Shown one piece after another: positions 25,838 to 38,651 of a stretch of 64,000 nt of DNA. The stretch is from the NCBI GenBank assembly GCA_973895155.1, contig OZ316891.1, positions 8,247,875-8,311,874 of the forward strand, written 5' to 3'. Both the position numbers and the translations under genes were made by a program. Source of the stretch: Marsupella aquatica (lineage: Eukaryota; Plantae; Marchantiophyta). The notes beneath the pieces were generated by a model, which saw nothing but the letters and a program-made list of their open reading frames with translations, was not told where the DNA came from and searched no databases. The first letter of the stretch is position 1. Every line of letters begins with the position of its first letter.

Positions 25838-26419
25838 CAATTTTTCTAACCCCTTTAATTATTTCAAGTCCAAGATTTTCATTTGATACGTTAGGTTTTA
25901 CTATGAATAGCTTTTTGTGTATTTGATTAAATTCTTATGCTGTCATTCCTTCTCTATTGCATGACAAGGTTAGACTCACCAGGATGCACCAGTACTCACC
26001 AGCGATGCTCTGTAGGTTTTATCTCCATTGGTGAAAATTTTTCCAACCTTTATGGTTTAGAGGTTAACAGGTGTCACCTAAATAGTGAATCTCTCAATAG
26101 GGCCTAAAAGTAAAGTACAAAGCTAAAATACAAAGCTAGGGTACTTCTCTGTCAACCACAAAATATTATACCCCTAAGGTACATTGATTTATAAATGATG
26201 TACTTGTCTTTCACCAAAAAAGTACAGTAGTTTCTTCACTTTAAAGGTGTGTACTTTTATTCCATTTATGTCTCTGAATCACTGTTTTAGTACACTTAAA
26301 TATGATGCTATAGCTGCTATTTGATACCCTATTTAAATTAATTGGTAGTTTACATAGGATACAATTGACATTATTATCAATAAGTTAAAATAGCTATGTC
26401 TTAGAACTAACATGCTATA

Positions 26420-27645
26420 CTAGCCCCATGCCCGTGCGTTGCATGAAAGACTTTGAGTGAGGGCAAGATTTTGAGTAACGGCAAGATGTCGAGGTGAGTG
26501 CAAGATTTGGAGCTGAGAGCAAGCTTTTGAGTGAGGGCAAGATGTCAAGGTGAGGGCAAGATTTCGAGGTGAGTGCAAGATTTGGAGGTGAGAGCAAGAT
26601 GTCGAGTTGAGGGCAAGATTTGTAAGTGCGGGCAAGATATCGAGGTGAGTGCAAGATTTGGAGGTGAGAGCAAGATGTGGAAGTGAGGGCAAGATGTTGA
26701 AGTGAGAGCATGATGTTGAGGTGAGGGCAAGATGTTGAGATGAGAGCAAGTTAGATGTCGAGGTGAGGGTAAGATATCAAGGTGAGTGCAAGATTTGGAG
26801 GTGAGAGCAAGATGTTGAAGCGAGGGCAAGATGTCAAAGTGAGAGCAGGATATCGAGGTGAAGGCAAGATGTTGAGATGAGAGCAAGTTAGATGTCGAGG
26901 TGAGGGTAAGATTTTGAGGCGAGGCAAACATGGTTGTGCATTGCAAACTTATAATTCAGGCAAAAAGTCAAAGAGATTAATACAAAAGTGATACAATATT
27001 TATTCAGGTGTTCAATAAAGAACCTCATCATATACAACATTTTTTGTCAACTTTGCTTGACCCTCCTCGGAATCTGAAAGTAAAACCTTGATAGTTGTAG
27101 GTGATGTTGCCCTTGAGAATGCTACATACAACTGTCCATGACTAAATACAGGCTTTGAAAGCTGCAACCCTACATGTTCTAAAGTCTGACCTTGAGCCTT
27201 GTTTATGGTCATTACATATGCCACTCGAATTGAAAATTGGACCCTACGTAATAAGAAAGGAAGTGACTCGTCAGAGGTCAACGGTATCCGTGGGATAAAT
27301 GTAAGGGTTCCTGCATGTTTTCCTGCAAGAACACATGCCTCAATGACACAACGATTCATTGCTCTCACAATTAACCGAGTACCATTACATAACCCCAAAG
27401 AGTGATCTATATTCCTAAGTAAAATGAAAGGGCATCCAACCTTCAGTACCAACTTATGAGGCGGCAGACCACTCGGCATGAGTGTATTCAAGAACTTCGT
27501 AGGGTAGAAATTTTCCCCTTCGAGCTGATCTGGACGACCAACGCTGAAAAACTCACTTGATTCCCTAGGAAGTCCTTTTAAGATAGAGTTGTTAATTTTT
27601 AGTGTCTTGTCATTTGTTGGCGCCAGAATAGTTCTTTCACTTAAG
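26420..27645 (-). mobile_element. 5'-truncated Helitron (PIF1 helicase C-terminus, subterminal minisatellite, 3' hairpin and CTAG)
   Basis: The minus-strand 3' end is ttcatgcaacgcacgggcatggggCTAG followed by T, at 26420. The PIF1 helicase ORF lies upstream on the same strand. Confidence 0.9.
26450..26930. repeat. Minisatellite with a 20-21 bp unit (gaggtgag(g/a/t)gcaagat...), more than 20 copies, inside the Helitron 3' region
   Basis: Directly visible. It generates the spurious repetitive ORFs at 26415-26946. Confidence 0.95.
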
Positions 27646-27680
27646 AATAAGTTAAAATAGCTATGTTTTAGAACTAACAT
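27012..27680 (-). pseudogene. Helitron RepHel PIF1-family helicase, C-terminal fragment (open 222 aa frame)
   Basis: Contains ILAPTN, GLPPHKLVLKVG, LLRNID..GLCNGTRL, MTINKAQGQTL and FSHGQLYVAFSRA. Walker A/B motifs and the Rep domain are missing. Confidence 0.9.
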
Positions 27681-28501
27681 ACTATATAGTCTTTCTAGAG
27701 TAGCTTCTCTTGACGACTATTATATTTGTTGCAGCACACGTCGATTGGAAGCCATGGGTGACTCGTGTCCAGTATCTGCGGATGTGCTGGCCAATACAGT
27801 AAGGTGGATACTGAGGCTCAGTCTGGGTAGTTGATAGAGTAGTGGAGAAGAACAAAACAACATTTCACCCTTCACTGTAAACGAAGAAATTTGCTGAAGT
27901 AATGCCATGCTTGTTTGCTTGAGGAGGTAGCGGCTATGGCCAGAGCCGTGATAGTGACGAATGGTGACGGCCGTAAGTGTGCGGAATTCGCGGAGCTGCT
28001 GGGAGGAGTGGCCGGAACTGAAAACTCTTCAGACGGGCATTGCTTTGTCTTCTTCGCTACCTTCATTCCATTGAACAAGAGGAGGAGGAGGACAGGGGAG
28101 CTGATGAGAGGCCATGACACTGGATTTGTCCTTGGACACATTCAAGGATTTCGAGGACATAGATGAGGAGCTGGGACTGGGCAGTGAGAGACGGACGAGT
28201 AGTAGATTGAGCGATTCGGGAGTGGTGCAGGTGGAGGAGACTAAGAGCTGGAATTGGCGGCATACACTGGAAGTTCTACTGGGACAAAGGACCGCATTTG
28301 GCGGGTGCGATTGTGGGTTCTCGTTTGGGCAGCTGAGGAGATTCGTGAAGCTGCAGATTGGGCAGGAGGAGGAGAAGGAGGAAGGGGTGGTGGGGAAGGA
28401 GAAAAGCGAATCACAAGGCAACCCAGTGTTGGATAGGCAGAGTACTGTTGTGGTGAGAAAGAGTAGTAGGAGGAGGATTGGGAGGAGAGGGCAAGGATCC
28501 G

Positions 28502-31500
28502 ATGATGATGAATATGAGCTCGACGAGAGTGATGGAGTCATCGATTGGGACCAGTTCGGCGTGCCTGAGGAGCAGCGGTTTGTTGCCACTTCGTCGAGCA
28601 CCACCCGTTTCTTTTCTTCAACCCCGAGCCGCCGAGAGCTCTTCTTTGCCTCCTCCTTCTCCTCTCACTCGTCTGGAGAAGGATGAGCAGCAGCAGCAGC
28701 CGAGATTGAACGGGAAATCTACGTTTAAGTTGGAGCCCGGGAAGAAGCAGTTGCTGCAACAGCAGCAGAGGAGAGTTCGGAAGTGGTCTACTGGAGACGC
28801 TCCAGGAGAGTATGGAGGTCCGCCGTTGGACACCAGAATTCGAACTAGCTGGGGAGGCAACAGTACTGTGGATCCTCTCACTAATAGTGGGGAATATATA
28901 TGGAAGAAGAATTGGCAGCCATTCGTGGAATCTCCCCCCTCGGATGCAGCTGATATTGCATCAACCGTGGCTCCCAATGTGAGAGCCCTTCTGAGTCGAT
29001 CACCTCTCTTACGCTGGTAGCTGGAATTTGGGAATGAGCTGAAAGTTTCTAATTTGGTGCTCCAAAATTCTAGTGAAGAACTTCATGAAAGCTTACGTCA
29101 GTGTGGTCATTTACCTGCATTTTTGTTTCCCGTAACAGACACGTCGTAAGTATGATATTAAAGTTTGAGTCGGGAGTAGGTCAGGAGCATGTGCGAGAAA
29201 GCCACAATGATTTGTTAGGTGGGCAAACTATCTCAGTTGTCAAGAATGGGCGTGGAGTGTCAGTCAATCTCTTTTGTCGAAGGATGTGCTCTTAAGGTTA
29301 TGGTTCCATTAAAATGTGTAGGCCAAGGAGCCAGATTCAGGATTCCTCAGCCTCAACAGAGCAATTGCTCTCGACAGGTTGGTCACTCGGATACTTGCTT
29401 TGAGCTGTGCGTTAGATAAGGTTGACTGTGTTGTGCCCGAAACCGTTCGGCGCTTCACTGTGTATTCTGCACTGCATCAAATTCACTATTTTACCGGAGC
29501 TTTAGTGCGGTGTATGCTTCGTTGTTCATACCTCTGCCCCACTCGCTAGTGAATTCCCGAGTCACGAAGAAGTCAGGAAGGCGGTCTATTTGGACCTAGC
29601 TAAAAGTAGTGAGACTCTAGGCAAGTAGTAGAGAAAATTTGTATTCTTGAAATTTAAGCCTTTGTGGGTTGGGCAGTATGGATGTAGATTTGACTCAGGA
29701 GTTGATGAGGCCATCGAAGGCTACACTTCAACGCCAAGTAGAAGCAGTGAGACGGGCTGACTTGGCATCAAGGCAGGTTTGTACCACGTTGAACTATAAC
29801 CCCTTCCTTCATGTTCTAGGTCAGCAGCAGAGACTGAAGAGAGGAAAATTTGTCGGCCTCGTAAAATTTTGAGTTGTCGAAGCTGGGGCCTAGAACTCCG
29901 TGAGTTGCAATTTGGAAATTGGTCAGTGGTGTAGTTGTGTTGATTTAAACTGACGTTGATAGATTTTGGAGCTGGCTTTTGACAGAAAAAACAATCAGAA
30001 AATTTACGGTGGCGGTTTTCTCCGACAAGACGAGAGGAAGAATTGTGGGCGAAAGGTCGCAAGGCAGCAACCGGAGGCTCGGTTGGTTCTTACCTATGAT
30101 CCCGCATCGTGTGTTTTTCGGATCCTTGCTGTTGTTGCCTGTCTGCAGTCTTACCCCTAGCCAGTATTCCCCGGTCATCTGTTCTGAGCAGCTATTTGTT
30201 GTAGATTATTGTAGTGCTTGTCTACACCTTCCGACTCTTGCCGCCGAGGGCCAGTATAAAATGTGGAATCTCTCGGTCACACAGAAATCCATGAAGTAGT
30301 GGTAAGAGTAATATAAAAAATGTCTCTAATTTCCCTTCCCCTAAGGGTGGGTTGGTATTAGTTCAGAACTGCTTCTTTTTGGCTCTATAAACTTATCAAA
30401 CTCGCCCTTGTTTCACAGGAGGTCATGGCTCGAGAGGTCAACAAGGCACAGGTTGATCCGATCGTTGAAAGGGAGAGGCAGCGACAGTGGTACCTAGAGG
30501 TTGGTGCCTCGCTTTTTCTCACGCTGTGTCTCAGGCACGTCTTCGCGTCATTTTTTTCAGCTTTCTGCCATATGCATCAAGATTATAAACCTAATTGAGA
30601 TTTTGCAGTTGTTCGGTCGATGCACGAGTGCCTTGCTGACAAGACTTTGACATAGCATCCACTTCATAGCTCCCTGTGTCTTTAATGCATGCGATTGGCT
30701 AGATCAATTTGTGAATGTTTTTGGTCTAGATCTTGGTTGACATAAGCGTCATGAGTCGAAAGTTTACGAACTAGTAGATTCAGCTAGTACGTCATGCATG
30801 GAAACTTTTAGTAGGAGCTATATTGAATTGAAATTGAATCGTTTTCGAACTTGCTGTCTCTTCACACCAGACGTGAGAACTCCCAATTTTTATTATCGTG
30901 TTGTACATTCTTGTGTAGTTGAAACGGCGTTTACAGCTCCTTACGTTGGGCATAGGATGTCTTGGCACCGGATGTGCATACTGGACGTACTCAGCAGAAA
31001 TTGCTGGAAGGTTCAAAATTTTGACTTTACTGCTGTGATGGATGATTCCTCTGATTTACTGCAAGTTTGGTTTTGGACACCCTGTCGTCGTAGAAGCAAC
31101 ACCAAGGAACGTAGGTTAGACTCGTGTTTTTGAAAGGATTGGTGCACCAACTTTAATCCCGGGGTTCACGAAGTCTAAATGTCTCGCGATCTGTAAACCT
31201 TGGAAAAATTCCCCTGCCAAGCGGTTGATCAAGTGGGTTAACATGGTGGACCTTTTGGCATGCTTGTGGCAGCTACGGGGTAGGTTTACTTGGGGCTCTT
31301 TTGTACGTAAGGATGCTCGGGAATAGCATAGATGGCCTCGGTAGCGGGACTTCAGCTGGGGCTGCACGGTAGGTCACAGATATGAACCTTGGCCGTGTTG
31401 GTGCTTCAATCTCTATTGCCGCATTTGGCATGATTTTTGCAATGATTGTTACCGTTCGGCTGAGAAACGATAATCTGTACTGGTGTATTGCATTCTCGTG

Positions 31501-31942
31501 TGGTTCTTACGAGGATATGTGTCTGGTGGATCAGGCAAGCTCTGGGATCACCTCGTCTTATGGTTCCAGTCGTGCTGGTGATGGTCTACAACCGTTGGAA
31601 TGCGTATGCACTTCACAATCCCTAAGCCCTCTTGAATATCAATTTTTGTAGGTGCATTGCACATATGACAACAAATATTTCCCGGATCTTGTGTTTCCCC
31701 AGTTTGCTGCTTTTATGTTGCGAAATCAGGAAAAATGGATCCCACTTTGAGGATTGGAAATGTCGTGTAACATTGAGCTGACTCTCGTGTATATGATTGA
31801 CAGGTTGTTGGTACCCGAGTATTCGGTTATGCACTTGGATCTCATCCCCATGTTGTTGGGTTTCTTTACCTACAAGGCTGCTACATTGGTGGAAACGTTC
31901 AAGGAGCTTCTCCCTGCTCAAGAAGAGAAAGATTTGTCATAG
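28502..31942 (+). CDS. CGL160: CONSERVED IN THE GREEN LINEAGE 160, chloroplast ATP synthase CF0 assembly factor (Atp1/UncI-like C-terminus); 9 exons
   Basis: Exons 28502 (or 28532)-28978, 29322-29377, 29677-29776, 29986-30081, 30419-30499, 30919-31010, 31273-31368, 31535-31603 and 31804-31942, all frame-consistent. Contains KWSTGDAPGEYGGPP, SMDVDL, RMLGNS, PRLMVPVVLVMVYNRWN and LIPMLLGFFTYK. Confidence 0.95.
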
Positions 31943-33249
31943 CCTTACGAATAGCCTGGAGCTCGATCCCTCAAATATTAACCAGTCCAACATCATCCAG
32001 AGGTGGGTATAGTTTTCTCTGAGCCCATTGCGAATTTTGAGCTCAGCTATTTAGGCACATTGTCTATCCTTGTAAATAATTCGGAGTCGGCCGCTATTCT
32101 CTGTGGCTCAATGACACAACGAGAGTTTATTTGGAAGAGCTTTCGTAGCGAGCAAGATAATGAGTAGATCACACCCAGCACAATCAGTGTTATCGTCAGC
32201 TTAATGGGGAGCTCACAGCAATTGACGTAGCTCCATGAAAGTCTACTGGTTGCACAAAGCGCCCCACCTCTGTACCGTGAATTCTTTTCTATAGTATTGT
32301 TGTTCAAATATGGTTTATTGAATGCCTCGCTGTCTATCTAGTCGGCCAAACTTGTCTCACTCTGAATTTGGAGACAGGGAAACATGGATAGCGTAGAATC
32401 CCTCCGTTTTCTGAATATGGATTTCATCACCTCTCTACAATCACATCTTCTCACCTGAATCAGACGTCCAGCTGGGTCTCGACGCATTCCTTTTGCTGAG
32501 AGGAACTTGTAGAAGCGCGGATTGCTGTATTCCAGCGATACACATCTAAGAGGGAATCGTTAAGTGTGATTGCATTATCAAACTCCTGTTCCCACAGTCA
32601 TACATATGGGAATCCTCCTTTGTCCCCGCTTCTGAACAGAGATTGGGGGCACGCTCTTCGTCTATGGACTCCACATACCAACGAGCTCATTATCAATCAC
32701 AGATACAGTCAATTAACAATGAGAGTGACAATATGGAACTTCAATTGTAACTCAGGCCCTGCTCATTTAGTCGTTCTAAAGTGGAAAGCTTCCTTTGTAG
32801 ATTGTAGGGGTTGTGGGGATGAGTAACCCCGTGTGTCTTACAGTGAGAGGAATTCAGTCAAAGGTTGTATACGACGAGGAGAGATTTTTGCCCTCATAGG
32901 CATCTCGTTCATTCCTAATGCTCCACGTTGGTGGTCAAGAGGAATGCACCTGTGACCAGTTTAGGATCGACATGCGTGTCTGGATTACTTCGTGTGCCAT
33001 TCGTGATGGGTTTGAGTTATCTTTTGTTGCCAGCCAGCACATTGTTGCATTGATGCGTCAGAATTGGTTTGGCAATTTTCTTACACATTTCCAATGCCAA
33101 TAATGTCACTCTTTCGAGAAAGGGAAGATTCGTCATGTGAAAGAGACGAAAGCACCAGTGGAAATGTGTGGTCGGCAAACTCTTCACCCGACTTTGGACG
33201 TTCACCACAGTTCCAGTTGGGTGTGCCCTAGCCCAATAAATAAAAAATT

Positions 33250-36200
33250 ATAAAAAATTGTGCCCCTACTCACAAATACATCTTGGGGTCACTGGGAGCT
33301 CTCACCACTTTCCATCATACTATTCAGGTCTCTTTTTTCAATGTCTGTGTCAAACACTCATTGGAAAAAGAACATTGGAAACTTATAATCTCTTCAGAAC
33401 TCAACTAAATTTCTCAATGTTAATTTTATTATAAAGTTCAATAAATTCTAAAATTTATAATCATCTTAGTATTTATAAAATTTGTCTAGGTTCATTCTTA
33501 TGGAAGGGGTTAACATTTCAAGTGTTGTACAACAAAAATTTCCATTTGCGTCAGAGATTACGAAATCACAGGTAAAATTTATTTTTCAAATTATTTACTC
33601 AACTTTTATCGACTGGTGATAATGCTAAGTTCATCAGGACCATCTCTTCAAGATCTTTTTAACGCCATATTATACATGAGTTTTTATTATGATTTGATTC
33701 ATCAAGGTCAAATTGAAGATTGTTGTCTAATTTTTTTTATGTTTTGAATAAAATCAAAATGAAATTAAAATCTTTATTGGGAGTAATTTTACCTCAATCT
33801 TTTTGTCTTTTGATTTGCATGTGAGTTGTTTTTACAATTTTTTTACGGTATGGCGTACCAATTTTTATAGCAAAGTTGTCACAAATACGAATTTAGAAGT
33901 TAATTTTATCCAAAAACAAGTCCCTTCCTATTTGTGGCATGCTATGATGATGTGGTGTGCTGTGGAGCCAAGAATTTTGGAAAGGACCTCTATGGGGGTC
34001 CGTAATAAATCTTCAAAATATTTTTATTCCTCAAAATATATAAAATAATAACATTTGATAGTCTTGCAGAATTAATAATGCAAATTTTACTTAGTGTAAC
34101 CCATTGATTAGGAAAAATTGATCTGCTAATCAAGTCAAAATAAATTTATAAACACCTTCATTTGTCCTTGTTTATGTAAGGTGGGGGTCTTGGATTTGAG
34201 AGTGGACACATTTCCTAGCTGAATTGATATACCAAAGAGGACAATGTTGGACAAAGTGGATATCATTGTCCCCAAGAACTGAAGCTAGTGCAACATTGTG
34301 GGTGTTGTCAGTAATCACTGAAAACCCATGAAAGTGGATTGTGTGAAGATGGACCATTAAAAACAAAGTCCAGTGAAGTGACCCTCTTGCCAAGTGCCAG
34401 TTTCAGAAAAAATGGTTACATTAAAACCAGGACTGAGGTAGAACAAAGGGGCTGAGGTTCCAGGAAAGGTGTGGGCTAAAGGGATGAGAGGTACAATCTC
34501 CTCCCCAACATCCTGAAGCTCCTCAAACAAGCCCCATAGCAAGACATGGTCGGAATATACTGTCATAAAGAAAAAAGAAATTATTATTTTTGCGCAAGAA
34601 ATATACAACTCTGTTTGTTCTTGAGATCAGAGTTTAATGCTTTGGCCACATGCATCTGTACAATCACCCAATCGGGGTGGAGACCCACAATGAAATGTAG
34701 GTCATGCACTACTCACTCACACTTGCCAAGGGTGGCCACACCAAACTAGTTTATGAAGCAAATTAATGGGGCCCACATCTCCAGTCAAACACAACGAACA
34801 CGCCTTGTCTCTTTAGCCATGGCCAAAAGTCGGCAATCGGCTTGTGACTATCCCTAGGATATTAGGAAATACAACCACCCACACACATGAGCAAAGACAT
34901 GGAATAATTGAGAAAAGCTAGATGCTCAATTGTTGGGAGAGATGCAATCCTGCAAATGCTCAAACCTCATGCCATAGATGCCAACTACTAAAAGGCATAG
35001 CGGATATAGAAAGTTATCAATAAAAATTCACAAGAAAGCGAGAACTCAATCTCTGGAGCAAAACTCCTAACAAAACTTTAGCTGTGGATCTCAAATTAGC
35101 AAAGGTTTGTAAAGAAGAAAAGGCAGGGTAGAGGGCAAAGGGGAGCAAAGAGATAACTCCCTACCCTATCCCAATCATCCCCATTGGACTAAGACGCACA
35201 AAAAACAATCACCATTAACTATGGTATTCGTCCAATATTAGGTGGTATTCCTCGACAGAAAGGTTGTGGGTTGGCAATAGTCTCATGTTCCGCATAGTTT
35301 GGAGCCGACAGTTTCTTACATGAGAATCCACATATACAACCAAGGGTGACGAAAGCCTAGGATCAAGGACAACAAGGACATCTGAATGTGCCAACCAATC
35401 CCAAGATGAGGGAGGAGGGCAAGTAGGGGAGGTGGGGATAGGATGGAAGGGGGGTCTTGAAGAGCATCGGATCGACGGTGATGTGCCAATCCTGCCAACT
35501 GGTACCTACTGCGGCAGGTGTCACATTAGCCCAGTGGATCCGAGGGAAAAAAACTGAAATAGAGTACTACGACATGTCAAGGATCCACACCAGTGTTTTA
35601 TTTTTGGTGGAGGTAAGTAGGTGAGGTGGTTAGCTCCTGCTAAACTTGAAGGGAGATCTGCTGAGGTAAGCATTTGAGTGCTAAGGAGGGTTTGGCAAAC
35701 CAGGTTTAGGGACAGTAAGGCCAGTGGCTCTTTCACTCACCATGTAAGGAGAGTTTGGCAAGTTGGGTGGCTGCTTTGGGTTTAACCAGTTAAGAATTTT
35801 GGCCAGCCCGGGCTTCACGAGGTCAGTATGTTTGCGAGTTTGAAGGTTGGCAGGCAAGATCTTCTCCCAGTATACACACAGGCCATGTGTGTACACACAA
35901 AAGCATATTCAGGAAACATTTCAGCCCAAAACCACAAGGAAGGTAACAAGCTTGTACACAAAGCGAAAGTGTAAACACCAAGCAAATTCGGAAAAAAATT
36001 ATAACTTGTATCAAGATCCTATCTCCCTATCCAAACTCCAAGGAAACCCTAAACAATATCTTGATACACACAGCGTCAAGGCCAAATGCAAGTACTGCAG
36101 GCTAGATTTGGTCCTAATAAAACCCAAGATGTATGGAGCACACAGGCTCGGTCCTAACTCCTAAGTAAACAAACTAAGGAACGCAAGGAGCTGGGCCCAA

Positions 36201-36850
36201 TTTTCCTATGCTGCTTCATTCTCCAGTTGCTCTTTTGCAGCTTTCTTCCTCTCCAAAACTGCTCCATTCTTTGACCAAGCTACAAAGTCCCCAAGGCAAG
36301 GGAATGTGTTCGTTGGTGCTGCATCGCCGGTGTGTTCTGTTGGAGCATTGATTGACCTTGAAGTAGCAGTCTAGCAGCTACAGCATGAGGAATCTTTACC
36401 CTCGACTGCAACTCCCACTTCACCCATAAGCTACGCGTCTTTGAACAACTTGGCAATTTGTGTTTCAACCTCCAGCAACTGGAGGCCATTCAATGTTGAG
36501 CTGAATGCCTGAACCTTCATGAACACGATCTTGGCATCCTTGCTCGTCAAGGACTCCTGGCCGGATCGATACACTGCTACTCCTCTTTTAAGCCCCTGAA
36601 GTCCTAAACTCCAGATTGCAATGTTCGGAACTTAGGAGTTAGTAATTTAGTATCCTGAAACTACCCAAACTGAAAGCACAATAGAGGACCATGAGCCAAA
36701 CAAGGAATGTGTGCTCCTGGAGAATGTCGACATTCACCCTGGTCGAACCGGCGAACACCCTCCAAAGGAAACAAACAATTTGGCAAATTGAGGTGGGGCC
36801 TTAGCCGACAATTAATAACCAACGATTAATCCTTATTGAAAGTTATGGTC
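33250..36850. mobile_element. Decayed transposon-like sequence, family not resolved
   Basis: An AT-rich block at 33250-34150 is followed by stop-riddled, protein-like minus-strand frames. No diagnostic motif recognised. Confidence 0.3.
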
Positions 36851-37092
36851 TAGAAACTTCACTCTACATACTAGCCTTCAAAAATAGCTTTGCATTGAGT
36901 TTTATTAATAAGATTGTGGAGCAAAGAGCTCAGAGACACATGACTTTGTGATAGCTCACTTGAGTAGAGACCTGATAGGTCTTGGGTTCAACTATTGTTG
37001 TTGACTCTTCCCTTTCTATCGGGTTTCACAAATTTCCCTTAAATTTAAAAAATAAAAAAAAAAAGTTTGTGGAGCAAAGTCTCATGGTAGAG

Positions 37093-37216
37093 GAATGTAA
37101 AATCTTGATCACTTATTATTTTATATGGCTGGTGGTTTAACACCTATATCAATCCAATGTAAAATCTTGTCAGTTATCCTTTTATATGGCTGGTCGTTTA
37201 ACACCTATATCAATCC
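37093..37216. repeat. Tandem duplication of about 62 bp
   Basis: aatgtaaaatcttg...ggctggt.gtttaacacctatatcaatcc occurs twice. Confidence 0.9.
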
Positions 37217-38651
37217 ATCCATCCTCTAATAAAAAATAAGTAAATGCGGTGTGACATGCATACACTAAAAGGTAGTAAAAAGCTCGCAATCATTCGTATT
37301 AACAAAATGGTATCACTTGTAATGTACGGCGTAGTTTGCAACGGAGCGCCGTCGGTTTGGACTGCGCACCGTACAGACGAACCCCCACGAAGTGAATAAA
37401 GTAAAGTAGAAAAAGTAATAAATGTAAAAGAGACCCGAGGAGGGGTAAAGTCAGGAGCACGAAAATGGAACAATGAGAGTGCAAAGGTCCCAAAAGTAGC
37501 AAAGAGAACGCACCACCATTCAGAGCACATTCCGCGCAGTGCAAAGGCTTTGGCCGCAGCTTCCTGGAGAAGAAGAGGAACTCCGCCTCGGTGATCTCTA
37601 CTGCCTTGCAGTTACATTGCCGCCAACATTACGGTGTGTTTGATCGCAGGAGGAGGTCGAGGAGGAGGCGAGGAACCCACGAAGTTCCCGATCCCAGTGC
37701 CTAGTAACTTGTTTCTGTTGCGTTGTGCGTCAGTGCGGTCAGCTGCACTTTCGTCCCTGAAGTCTGCGGAATCATCGTCATCGAGCTGGTGTTCTCACTC
37801 CATCGGTGTCTCTCACTTCGTCGACTGTATCTGTCTGCTTCCGGTCGCAGCTCAGCTTCTTCACACTACAATCTGTTCGGGTTTGCTCTGCGTTACGTTG
37901 CGTGCTGTCGGGGCTGCTGCTGTTTTGGTTCAGTCCAGGACTGGACTGGACGTAGGCGTAACAGAGTTGCTCAGCAGAGTGGCTGCTAATGTCGGGTGCG
38001 GCTCTCGTTCCGCAACGACAGAGGCGGGGCTGCCGCGGTGATGATGATGAAGCTGTTTTTCTGCGGAGGAGAATGATGATAACGAGGGACTGGTAGGAAG
38101 GAGATCAGCTTGGTTGCTTGAGCGACAAATGAAAAGGCTTCCGATCGCATTGTTCTGTCACTTGGAAGCGTCAGGTCAGTTTGTTTTTGTGCGGTCCTGT
38201 TCTGTTCAGGAGGGCAGGGTCGGGAGTTTTGCAGTCTAGGGCGTACTGCGCAGATCCAAGGAACGACCTGTACACTGAAGAATCGTTGAATGAGTCGCCT
38301 ACTCAGTGAAGGAATAGTATTTGTATTCACAGGATCGTACTTAAATTAGGAAATCGATCGTAATTTTGAGGCCAAAGCGGAGCAGTTTCCGTTTGAGCCA
38401 GAGGTGCATTTTCTGTTGGCGAGATGCAAAAGATTGAGGTGGAGCTATATTGGTCGATGAATGGGAGGTACGACGTGCTACAATGCACGTAGATCAAAGA
38501 TCTGTTTGCCGGAAGGTATCTATCGCCGAGTGACCAGCAGCGTCAAGCCTCGATTATTTTGTGGGCTTGCGTGAGCTTAGGATGAATGTGCCTGAGTAAT
38601 ACTTTCTGTGGCTAATGGACAAATGGTGCTTCCCTGCTTCAACAGGTCCTC

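Noticed and set aside
26415-26946. Repetitive Leu/His/Ser/Cys ORFs and a regularly spaced repeat resembling a CRISPR array or LRR gene
   Set aside because: It is a head-to-tail 20-21 bp minisatellite with no unique spacers and no cas genes, located inside a Helitron 3' end. All three frames give similar meaningless repeats.
37560-38340. ORFs upstream of the transporter
   Set aside because: More likely 5' UTR exon and intron, since an acceptor caacAG lies just before ATG 38652. No domain is recognisable.
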